Assembly (NCBI GenBank): GCA_013239625.1
Contig: MU053933.1
Location: 622,001-686,000 of the forward strand
Direction: 5' to 3'
DNA: 64,000 nucleotides
Source: Lama guanicoe
Taxonomy: Eukaryota
The notes beneath the pieces were generated by a model, which was not told the origin of the DNA, did no database searches, and saw only the letters and a list, made by a program, of their open reading frames with translations. Positions 52,211 to 62,963 of this stretch are shown in pieces. Every line of letters starts with the position of its first letter. Position 1 is the first letter of the stretch. Made by a program: the position numbers and the translations under genes.

Positions 52211-53389
52211 GAACCATTAAGCAATACCTTTACAATAATACTGTCTTCCTGTGAGTGACTATAATCTATCTGCCCGGGCCTTCAGATGAGTGACTGTTCC
52301 CAGCAGCCGCCGTCCCCTCCCGTGGGCCCCTGTGCTGGCACGGGCCGCGCGTGGGTCTCTTAGCCGATGTGTCCGGCCGGGCTTGCCGGCACTGAGTATC
52401 TCCATAAATGGCCCTGTCCCTGCCGGCACTCACTGAAAGGTGACAGAGTCTCCTTCAGGTAACAATACCCCCCAGTTACCCTGCAAATAGGATCTGAAAC
52501 GGCAGCCCGGCTTCAGCAGTTGTTTCCTGGCCTGGCCCTTAGTTCAACATGTTCTGAACAGAAGCCTGTTGTGGTGTGGGAAGTTATCTGGAAGCGGTGA
52601 TAACCTCCCAGGGCGTGACAAGCCGCAGAGGGGAGAGGCGCACGGGTCTGACAAAGGTGCGTGAGCCGTGGCGTCCATGATATCAGTCTCCAGCCCGGGG
52701 TGGAAGTGGGGGGCGGGAGTGGCAGGTTCGCACTTTGCACGGGACGCAAGTGCGTGGAAGGGCCGCACACCTGGATCTGGGTCCCAGGATGTTCTTACGT
52801 CCCGTCTCGCTAATGCTGAGGAGCAAGGAGCAGAACTGGGGTTTGAGCAAAGGGCCAGGAGGTGGACGGGGCCTCCACAGACCGGCTCTGCCGGGCCTCA
52901 GACTGAGGCCTAGCACTGTGGGCCAGCTGCAGATCCGGCTACCCGCAGAGCAGCCTTGCTGTTGGTCTGCACTTCTGGACTGGCACAAGGGCCCGACTGG
53001 GCCAGGGCGGGGTCACCAGTGGGGGTCTGTGAAGGACGACAGAGCGGTCAGCCTGGAGACGAGCCGCCTGCTCCCTGCAGACTGGCCTCCCCACTTTCTC
53101 CCGTCCAGCGTGACGCTCTGCCTGCTGCATCCTCTTTATCACATAGCACGCCCTGCAGGTCTCCAACTCACTCACTGTCGGCTCTTAACACGTCACACGA
53201 ATGTCACCTATGCTCCACGGTCTCCGAGTCCGTGCGCCGTCAGTGCCTGACACGTTCTCAGTCTCCGGTTACTTTGCTTTGTCACCACCTGTAGCAGAGC
53301 TGACTGATCTCGGCAGCAAACCGTCAGGACGTCTGCCCCTCGGCAGTTGCATTTATTAGGGCTCCTTGGTTGCAAGTAAAGACGCCAAC

Positions 53390-53660
53390 TGTCATGGGCT
53401 GAGCTGTCTCCCCCAAATCCGTATGTTGAAGTCTTAACCCTCAGTACCTCACAATGTGACCTCATTTGGAGATCAAATCCCTTAAAAGGTAATTAAGCTA
53501 AAATGAAGTCATTAGGGAGGAGATGAGGACACAGACCCCAGAGATGACCGTGTGAGGACACAGGAGGAGGTGGCATCTCTACGCCCAAGAGAGAGGCCTC
53601 AGGAGGAAGCAGCCCTGCCCACGCCTGGATCTCGGACGTCCAGCCTCCAGACTGTGAGAG
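53390..53660 (+). mobile_element. MaLR LTR (MLT1-like), approximate
   Basis: ccccaaatccgtatgttgaagtcttaacc...tgtgacctcatttggaga...gtgaggacacag...ccagcctccagactgtgaga. Confidence 0.7.
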
Positions 53661-54073
53661 ACTGGGCCCCTGGTGGGGCGTGGCCCAGCCCGCCTCAGGG
53701 CCAGGACTTGCTCCTGTTCCACGGGCCCTCTCCGCACACCCACCCAGCCTGGCCCTGCTCTGGCCCTGCTCCTCAGGCACGTGGAGCGCTGAGCCCACCC
53801 ATAGTTCCTGCATCACACGCTCCTACCTATTCCGTGTCCCCTGCAGGGCTGGCCACAGCCGTGGCTCCTCCCACACCAACTATCCACCAGAAAACCCCTG
53901 ACTTCCCCCCATGAGACATGTCCTGAACTTTTGTCTGAGGCTCCTCAGGGGCATGTGAAGTTCTAGAATGTTCCTGAGTTAGTGGTCTCCAGACTGGAGA
54001 GAAAGAGCAGCATGTGGGACATGAGGGCCACCGGGGCCACCACCTGGCCGGTATCTAAAGGCCAGACTAGCCT

Positions 54074-54486
54074 TGTCGACTGAAATAAAATGCACAGCCT
54101 GAGAGTTGAGAGCGACGTTTTCTTCTGTGGATGTCCTGAGGACTCGAGCCCGGGACGCAGCCTCTCAGGTCGCTCTGAGGGACGGCTCCGAAGATGCAGG
54201 GAGGAGCCAGGATATGTAGGGTTTTTGCAACAAAGACCAGGTAGTTGGGGCATCAAATGTGACTGCTAATTAAATAAAACCAGACGTTTCAAGTTAAGGA
54301 ACTTAGTGCTTTTCTGTGTGTGGGGAGGTGCAAAGGTCTGGGCCACTGAAATCGTTCCTTTGACGTGCACCTCAGAACCAGGGCCCGTGTCCTGTCCTTC
54401 CCCGTCTTGAGCTCCCTCCGCTCGCTGACTTGATGGTCACAGCACCCTTTGTTTGCTGATATGACTGGCAATATCTTTCATTCACA
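54074..54486 (-). mobile_element. ERV solo LTR (probably ERV1 class)
   Basis: TG...CA termini, ~410 bp, 4-bp flanks gcct/ggct (one mismatch); resembles laurasiatherian LTRs from memory; orientation is inferred. Confidence 0.65.
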
Positions 54487-54769
54487 GGCTCATGGCTTCA
54501 CGTATGTTAAAACCAAGGCAGCTTTAAACTGGCACATCACTCCTCTGCCTTGTTCTGAAGTAGAAGGCCTGTCTCTGCACACACAGACACACAACTCTCC
54601 ACAACCAAGCAGCATATGCAGATGTAAGTTACAAGGGTGGCCTTCCCTCTTCTGGCAGAAATCCAGCAGTCCCTAGGGAAGAGAAAAGAGAGAGTTTGCC
54701 CCCAAACAGCCTCCCCCAGCCTGGTTTCCAAGGTTGGGGGAGGGGAGGGGCTTGGGCCCTTTAAGAGCT

Positions 54770-54775
54770 GTGTGT

Positions 54776-54810
<35 letters not shown>
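54770..54810. repeat. (TG)n microsatellite
   Basis: Directly visible. Confidence 0.95.
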
Positions 54811-54811
<1 letters not shown>

Positions 54812-57616
54812 CATGGTCCCCAAACTGCGAAACAGTCTTATCAGCAGCGCTGTGCCTACTGAGGCACTTTATCTCCACAGCTTGCCTTTTTCCCACCGAC
54901 TTCCCAGGGCTTCAAGGACTCTGTGCTGGTCCTGAGCAGGCGTCTGTTGTTCCTTAAGACCTGCCGTCAGTCCTACGCCCCCGGCCCTGCCTCCCTGGCC
55001 ACGTGGATTCCTGGCTGCAGAAAGGTGTGGGGCGGGGAGGTGCTCCAGGTTACTGGGAAGCCCAAACTTCCCTCCCTGGGGCCCGACGGGGGTGGGTGCA
55101 CGGTGCGTGTTGGGGGTGATATGATGGGGGACACGATGGGGAGTGGGGCGTAGGTGCAGGTCTGCCCCAGGTGGGTTGTGATGTTGGAGACCTCTCACTC
55201 TCCTGGGGCCTTGCTCTCTTCTGTCCCCACCCCCTTCCTCCCTCATCTTCCCATCTTGCCCTGCATCCTAGAAGGAAGTGGTGCCCCAGCCCCCAGCCAC
55301 ACGTGCTGTCTCAGCTTTTACCGCACCTCCCTCGACCCCCAGCCGCAGCCAGCACTGGGATTCACTGGGGCTGTCCTGGGCAGACCCAGGCCAGACAGTG
55401 CAGGCTTGGGCTTAACTTCTGAAGCTATTTGGTTTCCTCAAGTCCTTCGGGCCATCTTCCACCAGCATCCAGTGTGTCAGGTCCCTCCCACACGCTGCCT
55501 GGGCACCTCCCCCTGCCCCAGCTGCGCTCCACTGTCAGAACTCATATGGGTTTTGTGATTCTCGGGGAGGACCTCTTTCCCACCTGTAAGGGGTGCTGGG
55601 CAGTGCTGGTGCTGAGGCAAGGATGCCCCAGTTTTCTCCCACGCTGGTGAGCCCGAGGGCCCTGGCCCAGATGGTGGAGCCATAAGATCACACGTCCATG
55701 CAGGTGGACACCAGAGGAGGTGGACAAGCCCTCATGGTCATGGGTTGAGGATTTCTGTGTGATGTGCTGCAAGGGAGGGGGTTGCAGCCGCTGGACCTCT
55801 GTCCTTTCACTCCCTCAATGGGCAGGAATCCAGAGAAAACAAAGGAGGTTGTCAAGCGGCAGTGGACTAATCCATAAGGACTTTGGGGTTTACTTAACAT
55901 AAAATCTGGAGGTGGATGGTGCTGGGGTCAAATCAGCAGCTCGGGGACGTGAGGGCTCTCGTTCTCCGGCTTTTCTTCATTATCACAGAATAGCTGCCTG
56001 AGGCTCCCCATCACACCCTCATACCACCCAACATCCACAGACGGGCTGCAGAGGTCACCCAGTGCTGCTAGAGGAAGCTCTTCTCCTACCAAGGAGTAAA
56101 AGCCTCTTCCCAGAACCTTCACGCAGGTGCCCTCATCTGCCGGGTGGGCCAGAACGGAGGCCCACCTCTGACTGAAAGAGAGGCTGGGGAAGTCAGCGTT
56201 TTCCTCCGCTCCTCACAGAGTGGAAGTCAGGTGAGGAAGAAGGGAAGGAACGGATGGCCAGTACTGGGAAATAGGCCTGCTGGGAGAGGTCACGGGGGAA
56301 GGCCCACCTCTCTGACACTGGGCAGTGTAAGAAAGCACAGGGGACGGGACCCGCTGGACTCCCGAGAACACTCGGGCCAAGGTCCTCGGACAGTCCAGCA
56401 AAACCCAAAGGACGTGCCGTAGACCCAAGGCCTCCCTCGGTCCGCAGCCACGGGTGCTTGGGCACCCCTCCGTCTCCCCAGCTATAAAGAGGGGCAGGAA
56501 GGTGGGGGAGGGAAGGGAAGGGAGACCACAGTTTAAGACGTTACCTACAGAGGCTGTGTAGGTTACAATCACACACTGCATCTCAAAAGGGATTGGACTG
56601 AACAAAGTGAGTTTATTTTTATCTCCCATCAGCAGCCAGAGTGTGAGAAAGATCAGATTTGCTATGTATTTAAAAAAAAAAAGAAGCAAAACTTTCTCTG
56701 CAGATTCTCAAGTGAGGGAAAGCCACGGTGACCTCCAGGCACACGCACGGCAGGACGTGTACCGTTGCACACACATCTGCAGCCGTGTGTGTGTGCTGGG
56801 GTCCCCACCCTGGTGTGTCCGCACGTGCAATGTGTGTCCCGGCCCCCAGGGCGGCGGTACTTGCTGGACCTGGTGGCCAAGGGTTGGGGGAGTAATGAAT
56901 CTACTGGCAAATTCGGAAAAAACTGGTCATGCAAAGGGCAGGGCCCCTTTACTTCTTCTTGGGAACCAGCTGGCTGTGGAGGGCAGGAGAGCTCAACGAA
57001 CAGCCTGCTGGTTGTGCCCAGAGCGGGGGCAGCTGGGAGGGGGCGTCTGGAGCGACGGGCTGGCTGGGCTGAGCTCCCCGGGGCAGGGCTGACTGCCCAG
57101 GGCGGGGCTGGGGCGGCTGCTCAGGTCCAGCTGGCTCCCTTCTGTCTTGCCTGACAAGTGGCCTCCATACCCCTCCCTTTTGTTCTGTTTTCCAGTTCAG
57201 AGCTCCAGTGCTGGGGAGCAGGTGGGTGGTAGGTTTCCTCCAGCCATCACTCATACTGTCCTCTGCAACTGTTTTGATTGTAACACTTTACATTTTGCTA
57301 CAGGTTTTCTCTCCTGAGCCAGGTTCCGTTTGAGGGAAATAAAGACATTGCAAGGCAGCTTCATCACCTGACCACGGGAAGCGCACGGGCAGGGTCTGCT
57401 CTGACAGGGCTGTGCTTCAGTTGCTTCTCTGAGACTGCAATCTAATGGCCTTGGGCGCGACACTGGTGGCCGCTAACCCCTGAGTCAACCGAACACGGTT
57501 ACACGTCACTCTCCCCGGCCCGAGACAGTCTGAGTTAATGTGTAACCCGGGACCAGAAACCAGAGCGGGGGGTATCGCGTGTCTCCTTCAAAGAAAGGAA
57601 AATCGTTTCCATGTTT

Positions 57617-57622
57617 TTTATT
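57617..57622 (-). terminator. TFF1: Probable TFF1 polyadenylation signal AATAAA
   Basis: tttatt on +, ~210 nt after the TFF1 stop. Confidence 0.65.
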
Positions 57623-57833
57623 TAAAAGAACTACAAGCACAGAGTAGCATTCATCTCTTAATTTTTAGGCTAATTTTGAAGATGAGGAAATCAGAGCAGA
57701 AAATCCAGGCGGTGAGTTCAGGCAGAGAGGACCCCAAAACGTCCGGCCAGCGATGGGGCTGAGCTCCTGGTGCCAGGCGGGCAGAGGGCCCGGCCCGCTC
57801 CGGACGCAGGTCCCGCTGGGGAAGTGTCTGAAA

Positions 57834-57844
57834 CTAGCACTCCT
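57834..57844 (-). CDS. TFF1: TFF1 exon 3, (E)EC*
   Basis: ttgcag|AG GAG TGC TAG, followed by TTT CAG ACACTTC resembling the start of the human TFF1 3' UTR. Confidence 0.88.
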
Positions 57845-58302
57845 CTGCAAGGGCGGGGCGTGGTGGGGAGACGCGTTAGTGAGGGGGAGCATTCTCTTTC
57901 ACTTTTAAATAATTACAGAAAATTTGCTTCGAAGTATCAACAGGAAAATTCTTGGATGAGAAAACACGATGGTCTTCGTGTTTTAAGGGCTTTCTGTCCA
58001 CCCCCACCCCAAACAGGCCGGAACCCAACGCCAGGGAGGATTCTGCACAGCTTTCTGGTGAGAGATGGGAAGGGACGCCAGGAAAAAGTACAGTTCTTCA
58101 CCCGACGGCCTTTCAGACCTGTCTTCCCCTCCCCCAGCCCTGGATTCAGACTGATTTGGGCAAAAAGATTTCTTCCCAGTCACCCCATGGCCATTACTGT
58201 GAGTAAAAAGATAGCTGGCGATTGGGATTAGGGTCCCGGGGTCCCACGTGGGTGTTTTCTAGTCCTCTGTCTTCAGAACTCACAGTGCCATCATGGCCTT
58301 AC

Positions 58303-58455
58303 CGTCTGCAGGGTCACCAACGGGCTCGGGATAGAAGCACCAGGGGACTCCCACGACTTTGTTGTCAAAACAGCAGCCTTTTGTTTCGCACTCCGTCGCC
58401 GTGATCCCGGAATAACCACAATTTAATCTGCTGTCGGGGTGCACCTGACATGTCT
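58303..58455 (-). CDS. TFF1: TFF1 exon 2, trefoil domain
   Basis: (E)TCQVHPDSRLNCGYSGITATECETKGCCFDNKVVGVPWCFYPEPVGDPAD; tttcag acceptor, gtaagg donor. Confidence 0.97.
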
Positions 58456-60103
58456 CTGAAAGTGCACAGGCGAAGAGGCGAAGGTGAGTGGTGGGCTGAG
58501 TCCCCCCTGTTGTTACCCACCCTCCAGTCGGCCTCCTTTCCCCAGTTAAAGCAGCAACCAGCGGCACAGCGGGTGTGGACGGTGGGCTCCAGTCCGAGAG
58601 CGGATGCTGTCCTCGCTTCCTGATGCAGAAACCCTTAAAATCTGGGCAAGGGCAAGGTGCCCGGGATTTGCAAACTTTGTGCCTACTTAGATAATTTATT
58701 CACTTACTCGTTAATTTCAACAGTTATTAACCTGTATTCACCCAATCAATATGATCTGTTGAGCACAGTCTGCGTGTGCTGGAAACAGGAGCAAGCACAG
58801 CAGAGACGGAGAGGGATCTGCCTACTCTTCCCCTCAGGGATCAAGTCCATGTCTGGCCCTGTGCTGGGTGACGGGGACCCAGAAATTAGAGATAGAGAAG
58901 TCGTTGTTAGGAAGCAAATGGTCTAATGGAGGAGGAAGCCATGTAAACATGCAAAACAGCACAGTGCAACCCGCCTCGGGCCAGCCCAGGAGGGCCAGTG
59001 ACAACAGGCTGAACAAAGCAAGGAGGGCTTCCTGTAGGAAGAGGTTGACCAGGTGAGGATGAGGCAATGGGTGTTCCAAGCAGATGGAGCAGTGTTTTCA
59101 AAGGTGGTGAGGAGACAGCCAGGTGCTTTCAGGAGGTGTAAGTCCACGTACAAGTAAGATGGAGAGTCGGGGTGGGGGTGGTATGGGGACTCAGGTGGAC
59201 AATTTCAGCCCAAAAGCAAAGGGAGCCACTCAACAGCATAAACCAGGAGGGGGTGACATCGCCTGAAAGCAGAGAACATGCAGGAGAGACGGCCCGCCGG
59301 CAGCAACCACGCGCTCGGACGCAAGCCCTGAGGCTGTGGACCCGGGCCGGAGTCTAGGGTGTGAGAAGGCACGCCTCTGGGCCTGGTGGAGGACAGGTCC
59401 AGGCAGGTAAGAGAGAGGAGTCTCGAACCCTTTCTCTGTCTCTGGGGGGCATGGAGGGTGGCGGCTCTGCCCTGCCAGAGGGCTCGGAGGTGCTCCTAAT
59501 GGACGCCGTCAGCCAGGCCCCAGGGAGAGGCCTGCCTGAGCAGGTGCTCCATCCACTGGAACAGAGTCTGTCCCTGGCAGGAGGGTGGAGCAGCCAGGTC
59601 TTGGGAGCATGGAGAGGGAAGGAGCCAGAACAGAAGAGGGAGGAGAGCCAGAGAAGGAGCGGGACGGGGACTTGGGCAGAGGTGGTCACGGGCTGGCCTC
59701 CACCTGGAGCTTCGTGCTCTCAGAAAACGACAGTCCATCCGAAGCCCAGTGGACACGGGGCCTCTTCTAGACTGAGCGGGCAAGACGCCCGCGCTTGGTC
59801 CTTTGTGGAGTCCAGCTAAGTGTCCTAAAGCTGAGCCCGCATCATGAGCTGATCTCCGTGAGTTTTTTCTTGACATCTGAGGATCACCTCCAGCTTTCTT
59901 TGAAGGAAGCGTTCTCTGGCTTTGCAGAAAGATCTGGATCCATCTCTCACTGGTGGGGTGGCCTCCTGGGGCCATCAGCCTCCCAGGGTCTGGCCCCCGA
60001 CCATAGAGCGGAAGTGACCATTACTCAGCCCACAGGGCAGGAAGAGGCACAGGTCAGGGGGAGCGGTGTGTGCAGAGCTTGGACAACAGTTCTCGTGTCC
60101 TTC

Positions 60104-60621
60104 TGTAACAGGAAGCAGAACAAATCTGACTCCACATGAGATCTGTTCCTTGGCTCTAACCCTGGGCTGTTTCCTGGGCTTAGAAATGCTGGCTCTCTCT
60201 GCACCTTTTGTGAAAGAATGTTGCCTAGAGGCTGAACTAGACAGGAGAGCCCTGGTTTCAAGGCTCTGACTTTTAAGGATATAACACTTTTCCATTTATA
60301 CAGAGGTTAGAAGTTGCAGAGCAGAGAATAACATTTGTCTCGTTGGGGGTTTACAGGGACATCTTGACCTGACCCACGTGGACAGATGCAAGAACCAAGG
60401 ATTCCGACACCAAGGAGTCTGTGACAACCAAGCACACCCCCTCCCCTTTTTAGTATAAAAGGAGCCTGAATTCTGACCTGGGGAGGATGGTTCTCTGGGA
60501 CGTTAGTCCCCCATCTTCTCCGCCAGCTTTCCGAATAAGGTTGTATTCCTTGCCCCAAACCCCGTCTCCCGCTTTCTTGGCCCGTCGTGGGGCGAGCAGA
60601 ACGGGTTTGGACTCGGTAACA
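60104..60621 (+). mobile_element. ERV solo LTR in TFF1 intron 1, antisense to TFF1
   Basis: TGTAACA...GGTAACA termini, TATAAAA at 60454-60460, AATAAG at 60534-60539, flanks ccttc/ccctc. Confidence 0.7.
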
Positions 60622-60841
60622 CCCTCCCTCTGGGCAGGACGTGAAGCAGCAGCCCCCCGGGCGAAGGGCTAAGCTTTGCTGGGCAAGCTGACCCCCTCCC
60701 AGCTGGTATCCTAACGGGAACTGAAGACGTCCGAGCACAGGAGTCCGTCTTGTCCCCCACTTGCTGTTGCTTAACGGGACCGAATGGAAATGATTTCCAT
60801 CCAGGGCTACACTTGTAATCGGACAGAGTTTTCTAGTTTTA

Positions 60842-61680
60842 TGTAGTCACAGGATCGCTGACCCCGTGAGACCCGCAAAGAAGGGTTGAGCCTTGAGCCT
60901 GAGGGCGGGGACAGACGGGGACAGGCAGGGACAGGCGGGCTGCTGGCAGCCGGGCGCGGTGAGTGGGCCTTCCTGGCCTGCGGTGAGGGGGCCCAGGGCC
61001 AGGCTCCGCGGGACCGGCTGCACAGACTCCTGGGGCCGGACAGTGTGGTGGGCAGAGCTGAGGCCGCGGTGGCAGGGACAACGCAGACTGGCTGGGGGCA
61101 GCCGGGAGCAGACCACCCTCCTTCATCCCCACAGCAGAGCCGTAGCGCCCTTCAGGTTTCGAAGCTCACCCCACTTCCTTGCCTTAGGCTGTGGGGCCTT
61201 CCCCCTCTCCCCCAGACGCCTCATCCTCTGTTCCTGAGTCATGAGGTCCTTGGGACTGTAGTCACAGGATCGCTGACCCCGTGAGACCCGCAGAGAAGGG
61301 TTGAGCCTTGAGCCTGAGGGCGGGGACAGGCGGGGACAGGCGGGGACATGCGGGGACAGGCGGGCTGCTGGCAGCCAGGCGCGGTGAGTGGGCCGTCCTG
61401 GCCTGCGGTGAGGGGGCCCAGGGCCAGGCTCCGCGGGACCGGCTGCACAGACTCCTGGGGCCGGACAGTGTGGTGGGCAGAGCTGGGGCCGCGGTGGCAG
61501 GGACAACGCAGACTGGCTGGGGGCAGCCGGGAGCAGACCACCCTCCTTCATCCCCACAGCAGAGCCGTAGCGCCCTTCAGGTTTCGAAGCTCACCCCACT
61601 TCCTTGCCTTAGGCTGTGGGGCCTTCCCCCTCTCCCCCAGACGCCTCATCCTCTGTTCCTGAGTCATGAGGTCCTTGGGA
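60842..61680. repeat. Tandem duplication, 414-bp and 424-bp copies, in TFF1 intron 1
   Basis: Copy 1 60842-61255, copy 2 61257-61680; both run tgtagtcacagg...gaggtccttggga. Confidence 0.95.
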
Positions 61681-62492
61681 GGTACCCAGAGATGTGTGGG
61701 AACCATTCTGTCCCCTCTCTTCAAGCCTCTATGGGAATTCTCATTCTGAAATCTTTGGAAAATCCTTTTCCCACCCTCTCCCTTTAAAGTATGCCTAATA
61801 GCAGTAGGTAACCTTTAGTTAGCACGTGGTTGCTTTTCTCAAACTGCATCACACTTGATTTTGCTGACAAACCCTCTAAGGTGAAAGACGGATTCCGTTC
61901 TGCAGATAAAGCATCTGAGACACAAGCAAGCCCTAAGGAAGCCGTGGTGCCCTCCTGCCTTGATTCTCTCCGTTGGTGACACCACGGACCAGGCATAGAT
62001 GGGACACACACCAGCAGGACTGGTGGTTTGGGTGCCATGGGGCAGGGGGCCCAGGAGAGCCCACAGACCCTGCTGGAGGGGCTCCCAGGGGACGCCCAGC
62101 CCCGGAGCAGGCCCTCGGACACCTGTGTGGACTTTGAGTGGGTTCCAGCCCCTGGGGCAGGGTTTGGCTTGGACTTTTGGGAGAACCAGTCTTAGTTCCA
62201 ACATCAAAGATGGCTCTTTGAAATATGGAACTTCAGAGCAGCACAATACTCTAGGCTCAGTGCTGCAGACAGCCCCCCGCCTCCTTCTCACAGCATTTCC
62301 CGAAGCTTCCACAGGCCCCCTACCCCGCCGCTACCGTCTGCCTGTTCTGCCCTCAAAAATCTTTCTAGGACCTAGAACAGCACCTGGGACAGACAGCGCT
62401 CAGCTCAGAAATATGGATAGTGACACCCTGAGTCCTGCACAGAGGCACACGCCGCGGGCGCACCCACCCCGGGGCAGGACCTGCTGTCTTAC

Positions 62493-62568
62493 CGCCCTCG
62501 CTCTGTGCCAGGCTGCCGAGCGCCAGCGCCAAGGCCATGACCAGGACGCAGATCAGCTTGGGCTCCAT
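62493..62568 (-). CDS. TFF1: TFF1 exon 1, signal peptide
   Basis: MEPKLICVLVMALALALGSLAQSEG G|gtaaga; spliced CDS 76+153+11=240 nt, 79 aa. Confidence 0.95.
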
Positions 62569-62641
62569 GCTGGCCGCAACCTCACTCCTCCGCTCCGAAG
62601 GAGACCACGAGTCAAGGCTGAGATGCGTCCTGGCTCTCGGT

Positions 62642-62963
62642 CTTATACAGCAGGCTGTTTGCTTAAAGAGGGTCACATACCGTTTGCCTAAGGAGGGTCC
62701 CCCAACCCTCCACTCCAAGTGGTCAAAAGGTGTTTCCTAAATGCAGCCAAACCAAACCAACAGGTTGGCTGATAGAGAAAAATGCCATATCATGTGGTCA
62801 CCTCGGGTGAGGGAGTCTCCTGAGTCCAGCAGCTGAGCGTATCAGAGACCCTCCTGCTAAAGTCAACATCGCTTACTAATTCGAAAATGATTCATCATGG
62901 CAGACACCTGGGACAGGCACAGTGTGTCAACGGTGGCTCCCGGGTCCCCCCCAGCGTGACTCA
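62642..62963 (-). promoter_or_regulatory. TFF1: TFF1 proximal promoter: TATAAG, FOXA motif, AP-1-like TGAATCA and consensus AP-1 TGAGTCA
   Basis: cttata 62642-62647; tgtttgc 62656-62662; tgattca 62888-62894; tgactca 62957-62963. Confidence 0.75.

Noticed and set aside
60839..61787. Duplicated ORFs in the ORF track
   Set aside because: By-product of the intronic tandem duplication; no coding features.
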